Positions 1 through 6,690 of a DNA stretch of 26,656 nt are shown here, in pieces. Location: positions 1 to 26,656 of the IMG/VR virus record IMGVR_UViG_3300005512_000283, one strand, 5' to 3'. The notes below the pieces were generated by a model. It worked only from the letters and a program-made list of their open reading frames with translations, did not search any database and had not been told where the DNA came from. Position 1 is the first letter of the stretch. Each line of letters begins with the position of its first letter. The translations under genes and the position numbers were made by a program. The stretch is from a virus. Its lineage: Duplodnaviria; Caudoviricetes.

Positions 1-155
1 ATACCGAAAAGAGCAAACCAAACCATCTTACGTTGTTGGTCTCGTTTAGCATCTTCGTCCTCCATCTCACGGCGCTTGGATTCAAGGTAAATCTCCATCT
101 CTTGCTGAGAGATTTGACCATCGCCATTGAGGTCCATTTTTTCAAATTCAGTCAT
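1..155 (-). CDS. EF-hand-containing membrane protein, possibly holin-like (3' end cut by window; missing from ORF track)
   Basis: ATG at 155, 1 nt after the upstream TAA (157-159), open to window edge. Translation MTEFEKMDLNGDGQISQQEMEIYLESKRREMEDEDAKRDQQRKMVWFALFG... contains a canonical 12-residue EF-hand loop DLNGDGQISQQE and the start of a hydrophobic segment. Holin role is inference. Confidence 0.8.
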   Translation of the reverse strand, partial: MTEFEKMDLNGDGQISQQEMEIYLESKRREMEDEDAKRDQQRKMVWFALFG

Positions 156-156
156 A

Positions 157-591
157 TTAGTTTGCCAGTGGGTTATCTAGTGCCTTTTGGATTTTGTCCT
201 CAAGCTCAACCTTTGTCGCATCGACCTTAGCCTCGAACTTATCCATCTTGCCTTCAAAGTAAACGACTTTATCGTTCACACGTTTTTCAATGTCGTACGT
301 CAATTGCTTGGCATCACGTAGGTTTTGCTCAATTGAGTCTAGCAGTTTTTCTTGCGTTTCAATCTTCGCAGACGTCTGCTCCATCTGCGCCTGATAGCCG
401 CCTATGTCTAGGCTCGCCAGTTCTTCCACCTTTTGGTACATGACGAAACCACCGTATAAAGTCCCCAGTAAAGAGCCAATGGCAGCCACAGCCATGCCAA
501 GCTGAGTAGGAGTAAACCGTAACCCACCCACGCTAAGGCGTTTATCAGCCAAGCCTTCCAGATCGTCAAGTTTTTCACCAAGGTCTGCCAT
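157..591 (-). CDS. Membrane-anchored coiled-coil protein (144 aa)
   Basis: Hydrophobic segment LGMAVAAIGSLLGTLYGGFVMY followed by a long E/K/Q/L-rich heptad-like region ending KALDNPLAN. Confidence 0.8.
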   Translation of the reverse strand: MADLGEKLDDLEGLADKRLSVGGLRFTPTQLGMAVAAIGSLLGTLYGGFVMYQKVEELASLDIGGYQAQMEQTSAKIETQEKLLDSIEQNLRDAKQLTYDIEKRVNDKVVYFEGKMDKFEAKVDATKVELEDKIQKALDNPLAN

Positions 592-714
592 GTCTATGTT
601 TTCGCGGTCTATCTAAACTGCTCTAATGAGCGTACTGTTAACTCAGCGGTGTGGTGTTGCATATTTTACTTCCCGTAAAACAAATCTTCTTATTGGCATG
701 CTCGCACCACATCG
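592..714. other. Intergenic segment with nested inverted repeats (possible structured RNA/regulatory element)
   Basis: TGTGGTG(650-656)/CACCACA(705-711), GCAT(659-662)/ATGC(698-701), TTTTAC(664-669)/GTAAAA(675-680), GCTC(620-623)/GAGC(628-631). Confidence 0.4.
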
Positions 715-1149
715 CTAATTCTCAAACGCCTGTTTCTGCAACCTGCGCAAATTATCTAACTCTTGGCGCAGTTTCTGTACTTCTATCCGTCTACGCTGCA
801 ATTCTAGCTGATACAACGTATTACAGTTAATTCGCTCTTTTGGGGCGTCTAACGGGATTACAATCCGTGCGTATACGCCCACATCTTTAGTCATGGGGTT
901 TGTAGGATCGTCAGAGCTAAACGGACTGACAGCGTTATCAATAATGCTAGTAACACCGAGTTCAAAGTTAGTAGCACCGCCGATTGAATTTTTACAATCC
1001 AAGTCTCCCGACCTGATTGAGTCTGTGCCATACGTATTCCCCATACTAGGTAAAGCTAAGTTCAAAGAACTGCTATCTGCTGCTACATTTGTAGCAAGTT
1101 GCCACAACGCAAAAATAATAAGCGCCGCTCTCACTTGAACCTCGAGCAT
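715..1149 (-). CDS. Secreted protein with Cys-flanked amphipathic beta-hairpin and C-terminal coiled coil (144 aa)
   Basis: Signal-peptide-like N-terminus (…RAALIIFALWQLATNVAA|D); 2 Cys; alternating strands TNFELGVTSII and DVGVYARIVIPL; helical LQRRRIEVQKLRQELDNLRRLQ. Overlaps the upstream gene by 19 nt. Confidence 0.8.
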   Translation of the reverse strand: MLEVQVRAALIIFALWQLATNVAADSSSLNLALPSMGNTYGTDSIRSGDLDCKNSIGGATNFELGVTSIIDNAVSPFSSDDPTNPMTKDVGVYARIVIPLDAPKERINCNTLYQLELQRRRIEVQKLRQELDNLRRLQKQAFEN

Positions 1150-1508
1150 ATGCGCGAAGCAATCATTGTTTTCTGCTCGCTTAGTAGACGCAATTTAGAC
1201 TTTGAGCAAATGTATTCAGCCTTACCAACATCCGGTGCCGCGACATATACATCAAACTTTACGCGACTAAGATGTGGCATAGAGAAAATACGATAGCTAG
1301 TAACAAAGTTCACAGGCTCCCACTCTTTATCAAACACCCCAATCTCGTACCATTCAACATCCTTACGTTTGTTGAACATCTCCATCGTGGTCTTCCATAC
1401 CCCGTTTACATGAGACGGAGTCCACTCAGGGTAAGTAGGTGTCATCTCATGTGCAGACGCACCCATGCACCAAAGTATTGTGCATAGAGTTATTACTTGG
1501 CGATACAC
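1131..1508 (-). CDS. Secreted protein resembling a single PapD-like (Ig-fold) pilus chaperone domain (125 aa)
   Basis: Signal peptide ending GASA|HEMTPT; beta-rich pattern TPT…TTMEMFNKRKDVEWYEIGVFD resembles the PTR…l.v.N…v.v pattern of pilus chaperone N-domains; Cys pair near the C-terminus. Family assignment is inference. Confidence 0.6.
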   Translation of the reverse strand: MYRQVITLCTILWCMGASAHEMTPTYPEWTPSHVNGVWKTTMEMFNKRKDVEWYEIGVFDKEWEPVNFVTSYRIFSMPHLSRVKFDVYVAAPDVGKAEYICSKSKLRLLSEQKTMIASRICSRFK

Positions 1509-1990
1509 TCTGCCACCACGATTGAACGATACGTACCGCTTGGAAACGCTTTGTCACCGCCGTTAGTAGCTACTGAAGTAGTCTTTAACCAAACAGAACC
1601 TGACTCAGTTAAATCAAACTGTGTGCTATTACCAAATGTAGTTTTAGCGGCTTCATAACCTGACATAGCAGCATCACCGACTGAGCTAACTTCAGTTGAG
1701 CCAGTAAAAGTTACAGTGGCATTTGCTGTTGGTGCGGCGCTGAAAGAATCTGGGTGCGTTACTTTAGCGTAATAAGCATCCGCTAGAGTTACATCAAAAC
1801 GCGTAATTGGCATAACACCGCCGTCTGCCGCTGCTGTAGTTAAAGTATACGCATTAGGGTTGCCATACACTCCGGGGGTGTCAGTATCAATTGTGCAGCG
1901 TGACTGCACAGTACCTTCAATCGGTACATCGACAGCGTAAGCACCGCCAGAAAGTAGACACATTGCTGCCACTATTTTGACACTATTCAT
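1493..1990 (-). CDS. Fimbrial/pilin-like subunit (165 aa)
   Basis: Signal peptide ending GAYA|; mature N-terminus VDVPIEGTVQSRCTI (donor-strand-like alternation plus Cys); T/A/G/S-rich beta body; C-terminal PSGTYRSIVVAEC matching the aG-x-Y terminal strand of CfaB/Csu-type pilins. Confidence 0.65.
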   Translation of the reverse strand: MNSVKIVAAMCLLSGGAYAVDVPIEGTVQSRCTIDTDTPGVYGNPNAYTLTTAAADGGVMPITRFDVTLADAYYAKVTHPDSFSAAPTANATVTFTGSTEVSSVGDAAMSGYEAAKTTFGNSTQFDLTESGSVWLKTTSVATNGGDKAFPSGTYRSIVVAECIAK

Positions 1991-2841
1991 CGGTATTGCT
2001 CCTCGACCATTTCAGTGTGTAACTTCTGCTGCCCCAAACTGCGAAGCGCACGTCTATTATCAGGTATGTTTTTGTCTTTTAAAACAACAGTTTCGCGATA
2101 CGCGCCACCCGGAATATTGGCAGCGTAGTACGTGTTTAAGTTGGTTGCAACGTTCATCGCCCGCACCAGCGCGTTCTGGGTCAAGCTACCCGCTAGGGTT
2201 AACGCGTTCTCCTGAGCCGCAAGAGCCTTTTCAAGGCGCCCATCATCCTCTTCTTCTGTGTCTTTTTGATTAACTTCATCATCGTTTTCGTACAGCTCGC
2301 GATCTGTGGGTTCTAGCGATGCTGTGACGTAACCGTCAGCAAGGGCGTCGTAAACAGGAACGGCTGGTATTTCAGGGAGTTCTTGCTGCTGCAACCGGTC
2401 AGGGTCAAAGCGGTAGCTATACAGCACAACAGGGTCTTGAACTTCACCTACGCCCACCTGTTCAATGTTTCCATCGCCCCAGTCTCCCACCGGCGAATAC
2501 GGCACAGGTACGTATTTTTGGATTGTTCCACCACTTCCCCCTGACCAATCATCTGTTGACCGGAATATATATCCACTTCTATCGGCAGCTTCATTCTGGA
2601 TACTGACGGTATAGGGGTCGTTTGGGTCTTTGACTGCGGTGTATCGGTAGAAGACTCCGTTGATGTCTGTGCCTTGAATTGGGTATAGAGGAAAAAGAGA
2701 GCTAGACATCCCCCAAGAACTACCCCCAGCAGCAGCGTTATTAGTATTTCCAAAGACATAATCAGAATATGAGGGCTGCGCCAAAAATACTACCGATAAT
2801 GCCAAGAGCTTGGTTGCGTTTGTCTTCAGCTGTAGGCTCAT
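1987..2841 (-). CDS. Secreted protein (284 aa), beta-rich N-domain plus acidic linker and helical C-domain
   Basis: AGGAG Shine-Dalgarno upstream of ATG 2841; signal peptide KLLALSVVFLAQPSYS|D; ATGA overlap with the downstream pilin-like gene. Confidence 0.8.
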   Translation of the reverse strand: MSLQLKTNATKLLALSVVFLAQPSYSDYVFGNTNNAAAGGSSWGMSSSLFPLYPIQGTDINGVFYRYTAVKDPNDPYTVSIQNEAADRSGYIFRSTDDWSGGSGGTIQKYVPVPYSPVGDWGDGNIEQVGVGEVQDPVVLYSYRFDPDRLQQQELPEIPAVPVYDALADGYVTASLEPTDRELYENDDEVNQKDTEEEDDGRLEKALAAQENALTLAGSLTQNALVRAMNVATNLNTYYAANIPGGAYRETVVLKDKNIPDNRRALRSLGQQKLHTEMVEEQYR

Positions 2842-3334
2842 CGTCTTCTCCTTCTACTGGAGTTTTGTCAGTGTGCGTTTCCCACGCCGCTTTTGCCGCA
2901 TCTCCAATTAGACCGTCGTATGGGCAGGGTGTCCCTGCGTTCATCATGGCGTCAAACACCTTCTTGTCTTGGCACATCACCGAGACTGCGGCTACTTTCA
3001 TACCCATATCGTAAAGCGTTTTAGCGTTTTTTAGTCGGATACAGTTTTCTTCGGTAAAGGTTGAACCGACCGAGATGCCGAGGATTTGGGTTTGGACGGC
3101 GCCTGTAGCTCCGATTGTGCAAAGATCGCTGTTATTTCCTGCACTGAACTGGGGTGCAATTGCTGAAGGTGGTGGAGACTTAACTGTTGTCGTTTGCGAG
3201 CCATTTGTTGTCACCGTGGATGTAGATTCCGTGACGATGGGGTCTGCTGCCCACGCAATGTTAGCTAAGCTAGCTAAAAGCCCACCAAACAGAAGTGATA
3301 CGAATAAAAAGTACAGGCGGGCGGCGGGGGTCAT
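2762..3334 (-). CDS. Secreted, C-terminally membrane-anchored 4-Cys protein (190 aa)
   Basis: GAGAGG SD; signal peptide ending IAWA|A; SPPPSAIAP linker; C-x25-C hairpin (CTIGATGAVQTQILGISVGSTFTEENC); second Cys pair MCQD…TPCP; hydrophobic C-terminus ALGIIGSIFGAALIF. Confidence 0.85.
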   Translation of the reverse strand: MTPAARLYFLFVSLLFGGLLASLANIAWAADPIVTESTSTVTTNGSQTTTVKSPPPSAIAPQFSAGNNSDLCTIGATGAVQTQILGISVGSTFTEENCIRLKNAKTLYDMGMKVAAVSVMCQDKKVFDAMMNAGTPCPYDGLIGDAAKAAWETHTDKTPVEGEDDEPTAEDKRNQALGIIGSIFGAALIF

Positions 3335-3336
3335 GG

Positions 3337-3504
3337 CTACCTCTCGGCTAACATCTTTAGCAGCAACAGAATAATCGTGCCGCTGGTACCGATCATAATC
3401 GCCTCAAGGCGCTTAATCCGGGTAAAGACTTCTTTGAACTGGGTATCAACTTCTTTCTTTAGCACGGCAAGGTCCTTATCGATTCTATGTAGATCGTCTT
3501 CCAC
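3337..3504 (-). CDS. Small coiled-coil protein with C-terminal hydrophobic helix (55 aa; missing from ORF track)
   Basis: GTG start, fills the gap exactly: MEDDLHRIDKDLAVLKKEVDTQFKEVFTRIKRLEAIMIGTSGTIILLLLKMLAER*. Confidence 0.8.
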   Translation of the reverse strand: MEDDLHRIDKDLAVLKKEVDTQFKEVFTRIKRLEAIMIGTSGTIILLLLKMLAER

Positions 3505-3508
3505 AGTA

Positions 3509-3802
3509 TCACCACTTAACTTTGTCAGCCCAGTATGCAGCTGACATTTTGCCCTTGGCGATGTTCTTGCGATGGCGTGCTTTAAACGACTTACGCTTGG
3601 CTTTCATGCGAGCTGACTCACCTTTCTTTGGCTTACCAGCAGTGCTAGCACCTTTCTCACCAAACGGAATAATCTTTTCTTTACCATTAGCGCACGCTTT
3701 AACTACGTGAGACTTGCCTTTGTGAGATGAAGTGCGACGTGGTTTGTTACACGGCATTGAAGCCTTATTAACTCGCCCACCCGATTTGTAATCATTACGC
3801 AT
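3509..3802 (-). CDS. Small highly basic phage protein (97 aa)
   Basis: K/R-rich; FG…RKSFKARH…SAAYWA..W pattern typical of a widespread small viral protein family; AAGGTGA SD. Confidence 0.8.
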   Translation of the reverse strand: MRNDYKSGGRVNKASMPCNKPRRTSSHKGKSHVVKACANGKEKIIPFGEKGASTAGKPKKGESARMKAKRKSFKARHRKNIAKGKMSAAYWADKVKW

Positions 3803-3825
3803 AAATCACCTTTATGAAATATTGC

Positions 3826-4044
3826 CTACTCATTTATCATCAACCTAACGTCAGCATCGTCAGGTAAATCAGCCAATATCAACGCTTTCTGTTGCATAGA
3901 CAGGCTGCTGTCTAGCTCATCATATTCTTCCTGAGTAAACTGCAAAACGCGTGGATGTACTTCGCCTTCTTTTAGCTTTCCGGCTGTTGATACGTTTTCA
4001 CCTGCTAAAGCATATATAACGATAATGTCATTAGCTGTAATCAT
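3826..4044 (-). CDS. Small acidic protein downstream of a Gly-rich fibre gene (72 aa; start revised from 4179 to 4044)
   Basis: ATG at 4044 overlaps the end of the upstream gene by 14 nt; the longer N-terminal extension is a frame shadow of the Gly-rich gene. Confidence 0.7.
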   Translation of the reverse strand: MITANDIIVIYALAGENVSTAGKLKEGEVHPRVLQFTQEEYDELDSSLSMQQKALILADLPDDADVRLMINE

Positions 4045-4858
4045 AATTCCACTCAAACTTAACGTAACCATCAGCACCGTTACCGCCGCCACCAAATGAG
4101 CCTTCACCACAGTTAGAACCATTAGGTACGCCACAGCCACCTGCGCCTTTACCAGTAGCATAACCAGAAGTGTCACCATTCACACCCCAACACGTTCTAG
4201 AAGGGTTAAATGCTTGGGCTGTACCGTATCCGTTAGCGTCAAAAGCACCGCCGAGTGACTTGCCGCCACGACCATTGCTTCCGCTACGTTGACCGGCTTG
4301 ACCAGAAACGCCACCAGTGATTCCAGAAGTTGTGCCACCGTTTGCCGCAGGATCGCCTTGTGTTGCTCCAATACCGCCACCGCCACCACCTAAAGTAATG
4401 GTAGATGATGTTACGTTACCTGTTACCGTTAAGCCTGAGATAGTAGTATCTGTTCCTGCGTAACCGTTACAAGGACAGAATTGATTACCAAACTTTACGC
4501 CTGAACCACCGTTACCAACAGTAATGCTAATTGTTGAACCGGGTGTGCATGAGACAACTACACCATCAACATAACCACCACCGCCACCGCCTTGACCTGC
4601 GCTAGAAAAGTAAGCTCCTGCTGCACCACCACCTGCTCCGGCAGCGTACAAAGTCATTGAGTAAATACCGTCAGGAACAGTGAATGTTGTTGACTGGTCA
4701 GTAGTCCACTCTTGGTAGCCTGTCTGGTGAACGGTACGATAAGTTCCAGAATCATTAACAGATACTGAATTATCTATATGACGCCAAACACCACCGTCTT
4801 TCACATAGACAGCTTTGATCTCTCGCCAAACACCAGAATCTTTAACGTAGATGGTCAT
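4031..4858 (-). CDS. Glycine-rich tail fibre/adhesin-like protein (275 aa)
   Basis: N-terminal IYVKDSGVWR/VYVKDGGVWR repeats; TFTVPDG…GAGGG Gly-rich domain ending GADGYVKFEW. Confidence 0.8.
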   Translation of the reverse strand: MTIYVKDSGVWREIKAVYVKDGGVWRHIDNSVSVNDSGTYRTVHQTGYQEWTTDQSTTFTVPDGIYSMTLYAAGAGGGAAGAYFSSAGQGGGGGGYVDGVVVSCTPGSTISITVGNGGSGVKFGNQFCPCNGYAGTDTTISGLTVTGNVTSSTITLGGGGGGIGATQGDPAANGGTTSGITGGVSGQAGQRSGSNGRGGKSLGGAFDANGYGTAQAFNPSRTCWGVNGDTSGYATGKGAGGCGVPNGSNCGEGSFGGGGNGADGYVKFEWNYDYS

Positions 4859-5664
4859 TAGTATCTATACCAAATGTCACCGTTTGATCCGCCAGATGGA
4901 GCTGAAGTAGAAACTGTGCGCGTACCGTAGCCATTAGCACTGGACGAATCAGAAATGTTTGTCAGTGTCGCTTGCTTGGAATTTAACTGCGTCTGAATGT
5001 TAGAGGTAACACCATCCAAATAATCATACTCAGTCGAGGTTACGCCAGTGTCGTAAAGTGACTTTGCGTAGTTTAACTCTGTCGCTGAGCCTGTATAACC
5101 ATCAACCTTATTAAGCTCAGCTGCGGTCGAGGTTACACCGTCAAGAATGTTCAGCTCAGCAGCTGTAGACGTAACATTGGTTCCACCCAAATTAAAGGTG
5201 GTGATGTTAGCTGTAGTGATATTTGCGGTTGTCGCGTCAAGAGTGGTGAATTCTGAGCTAATTACCGACACCACGTTTGCACTAGCACCAGCGCCGTCAC
5301 AGTACAAAATTTTAGTATCGCCTGAAGTTACTGTTACGTTAGTACCAGAACCCTGCGTAAGAGTCACATCTTGGTCTGAGCTATTCTTAATGAAATACAC
5401 TTTCTGCATGTCATTGGGTGAAACTGTAACAGTACAAGTACCACCCGGAGAGCCAGTAAATACAATAACCGCATGACGTCCATCAGATGTAGCGCCATTA
5501 GATGTAGTGAGTGTATATGTAGTCGCAGTTAGCGCAATTGAAACTACACCGGCAACCATCTCCTCAACGAGTTCCCAGTTAGTATTAGTAGTTTGCCCCC
5601 AAGTACCTGATTGTTCGCCATCTGCAATTAATTCAATACCCGCGGGTGTATAAGAACTTGCCAT
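4858..5664 (-). CDS. Virion fibre/structural protein (268 aa)
   Basis: GEQSGTWGQTTNTNW N-terminal motif; AAELN..DGVT fibre repeats; C-terminal STSAPSGGSNGDIWY motif. Confidence 0.8.
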   Translation of the reverse strand: MASSYTPAGIELIADGEQSGTWGQTTNTNWELVEEMVAGVVSIALTATTYTLTTSNGATSDGRHAVIVFTGSPGGTCTVTVSPNDMQKVYFIKNSSDQDVTLTQGSGTNVTVTSGDTKILYCDGAGASANVVSVISSEFTTLDATTANITTANITTFNLGGTNVTSTAAELNILDGVTSTAAELNKVDGYTGSATELNYAKSLYDTGVTSTEYDYLDGVTSNIQTQLNSKQATLTNISDSSSANGYGTRTVSTSAPSGGSNGDIWYRY

Positions 5665-6689
5665 TACGCTGCCTCTTCAGTCCAAACGGTGGACGTGCCT
5701 TTGTTTATTTCAGTCCAAGTATCTGATGGACTAGGTATTTCTGTCCAGCTTGTGCTCGCACCAGTTAATAGTTTACCCCAAACTGTAACATTTCCTAGTT
5801 CTGCGGCGGCTGAAATGCCTATAGGTACGACAACTGCCGTAGCAACGACTGTTTCGCCATCACCAATCGAGGCTGTAGCCGAGACTCCTGTAACAAGCGC
5901 TCTGGCGTTAGCAGCAACTGTCTCAGAGCCTAGTGAAACTGTAGCCGAGACGCCTGTAGGTAGAACGACCGCTTTACCGATGACTGTTTCAGGACCTAGC
6001 GAGCCTGTAGCTGAGACACCTGTAGGCAGAATAACCGCTTTAGCGACGACTGTTTCGTTGCCTACCGATGCGGTGCCAGATACTCCGGTTAGAACCACAT
6101 TTGCGTCTGCTGCGACGCTTTCTGAGCCTAGAGATGAGGTTCCTGCTACGCCAGTAGGTATAACAACTGCCTTAGCGACGACTGTTTCATCACCAACTGA
6201 GGCTGTAGCCGAGACTCCTGTAGGAAGAACAACCGCCTTAGCGACAACGGTTTCTGAGCCAAGTGACGCGGTTGACGAGATGCCTGTAGGCAGAACAACG
6301 GCTTTAGCAACGATTGTAGAGCTGCCAACTGCACCTATGGCTTCGGCACCTGTAGGTAATACATTTGCAGCTGCCGCAACGGTTTCAGAACCAAGCGAGG
6401 CTGTAGCTGAGAATCCGGTAACGCTTATATTGTTGTTTGTGCTTAGGCTTTCGTTGCCCAGTGCAGATGTGCCGGATACGCCTGTAAGGTCTGTAACCGC
6501 CTTAGCAACAGTAGTTAGGCTTCCGGTGCTACCTGTGGCTGAAACGCCAGTAGGCGTAACGACCGCTTTAGCTACAACAGTTTCCGCACCTAGAGCTGTA
6601 CTGGCAGAAACGCCAGACACGCTAACTGTCTGATATTTGACCCCAGAGTCAGAGAGGGCTAGTTCAGAAAGTGCGTGAAAACCTAACAT
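5664..6689 (-). CDS. Repetitive virion structural protein with ~13 x 22-aa repeats (341 aa)
   Basis: Consensus TVVAKAVVLPTGVSATASLGSE; three WTE motifs at the C-terminus; TAATG coupling to the next gene. Confidence 0.85.
   Translation of the reverse strand: MLGFHALSELALSDSGVKYQTVSVSGVSASTALGAETVVAKAVVTPTGVSATGSTGSLTTVAKAVTDLTGVSGTSALGNESLSTNNNISVTGFSATASLGSETVAAAANVLPTGAEAIGAVGSSTIVAKAVVLPTGISSTASLGSETVVAKAVVLPTGVSATASVGDETVVAKAVVIPTGVAGTSSLGSESVAADANVVLTGVSGTASVGNETVVAKAVILPTGVSATGSLGPETVIGKAVVLPTGVSATVSLGSETVAANARALVTGVSATASIGDGETVVATAVVVPIGISAAAELGNVTVWGKLLTGASTSWTEIPSPSDTWTEINKGTSTVWTEEAA
5783..6632. repeat. Degenerate 66-bp coding tandem repeat
   Basis: Periodic GCGACGACTGTTTC / CCTGTAGG motifs corresponding to the 22-aa protein repeat. 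Confidence 0.85.
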
Positions 6690-6690
6690 T

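Noticed and set aside
610-712. Tiny minus-strand ORFs in the spacer (MWCEHANKK…, MPIRRFVLR…, MQHHTAELT…), or a tRNA
   Set aside because: Only 17-24 codons with no SD or motif support, and no cloverleaf or T-loop consensus.
715-3334. Calling the secreted cassette a curli (csg) or canonical chaperone-usher operon
   Set aside because: No curlin repeats, no recognisable CsgG lipoprotein and no usher-sized ORF in the window, so no gene symbols were assigned.
5783-6632. Periodic ~66-bp repeats as a possible CRISPR array
   Set aside because: The repeats are degenerate at third codon positions, have no unique spacers and are fully explained by a protein repeat. No cas genes are present.
5689-6633. 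314-aa plus-strand ORF
   Set aside because: Antisense mirror of the repeat gene. The codon bias of the Val/Ala/Thr/Gly repeats leaves the opposite frame open, and there is no independent signal.
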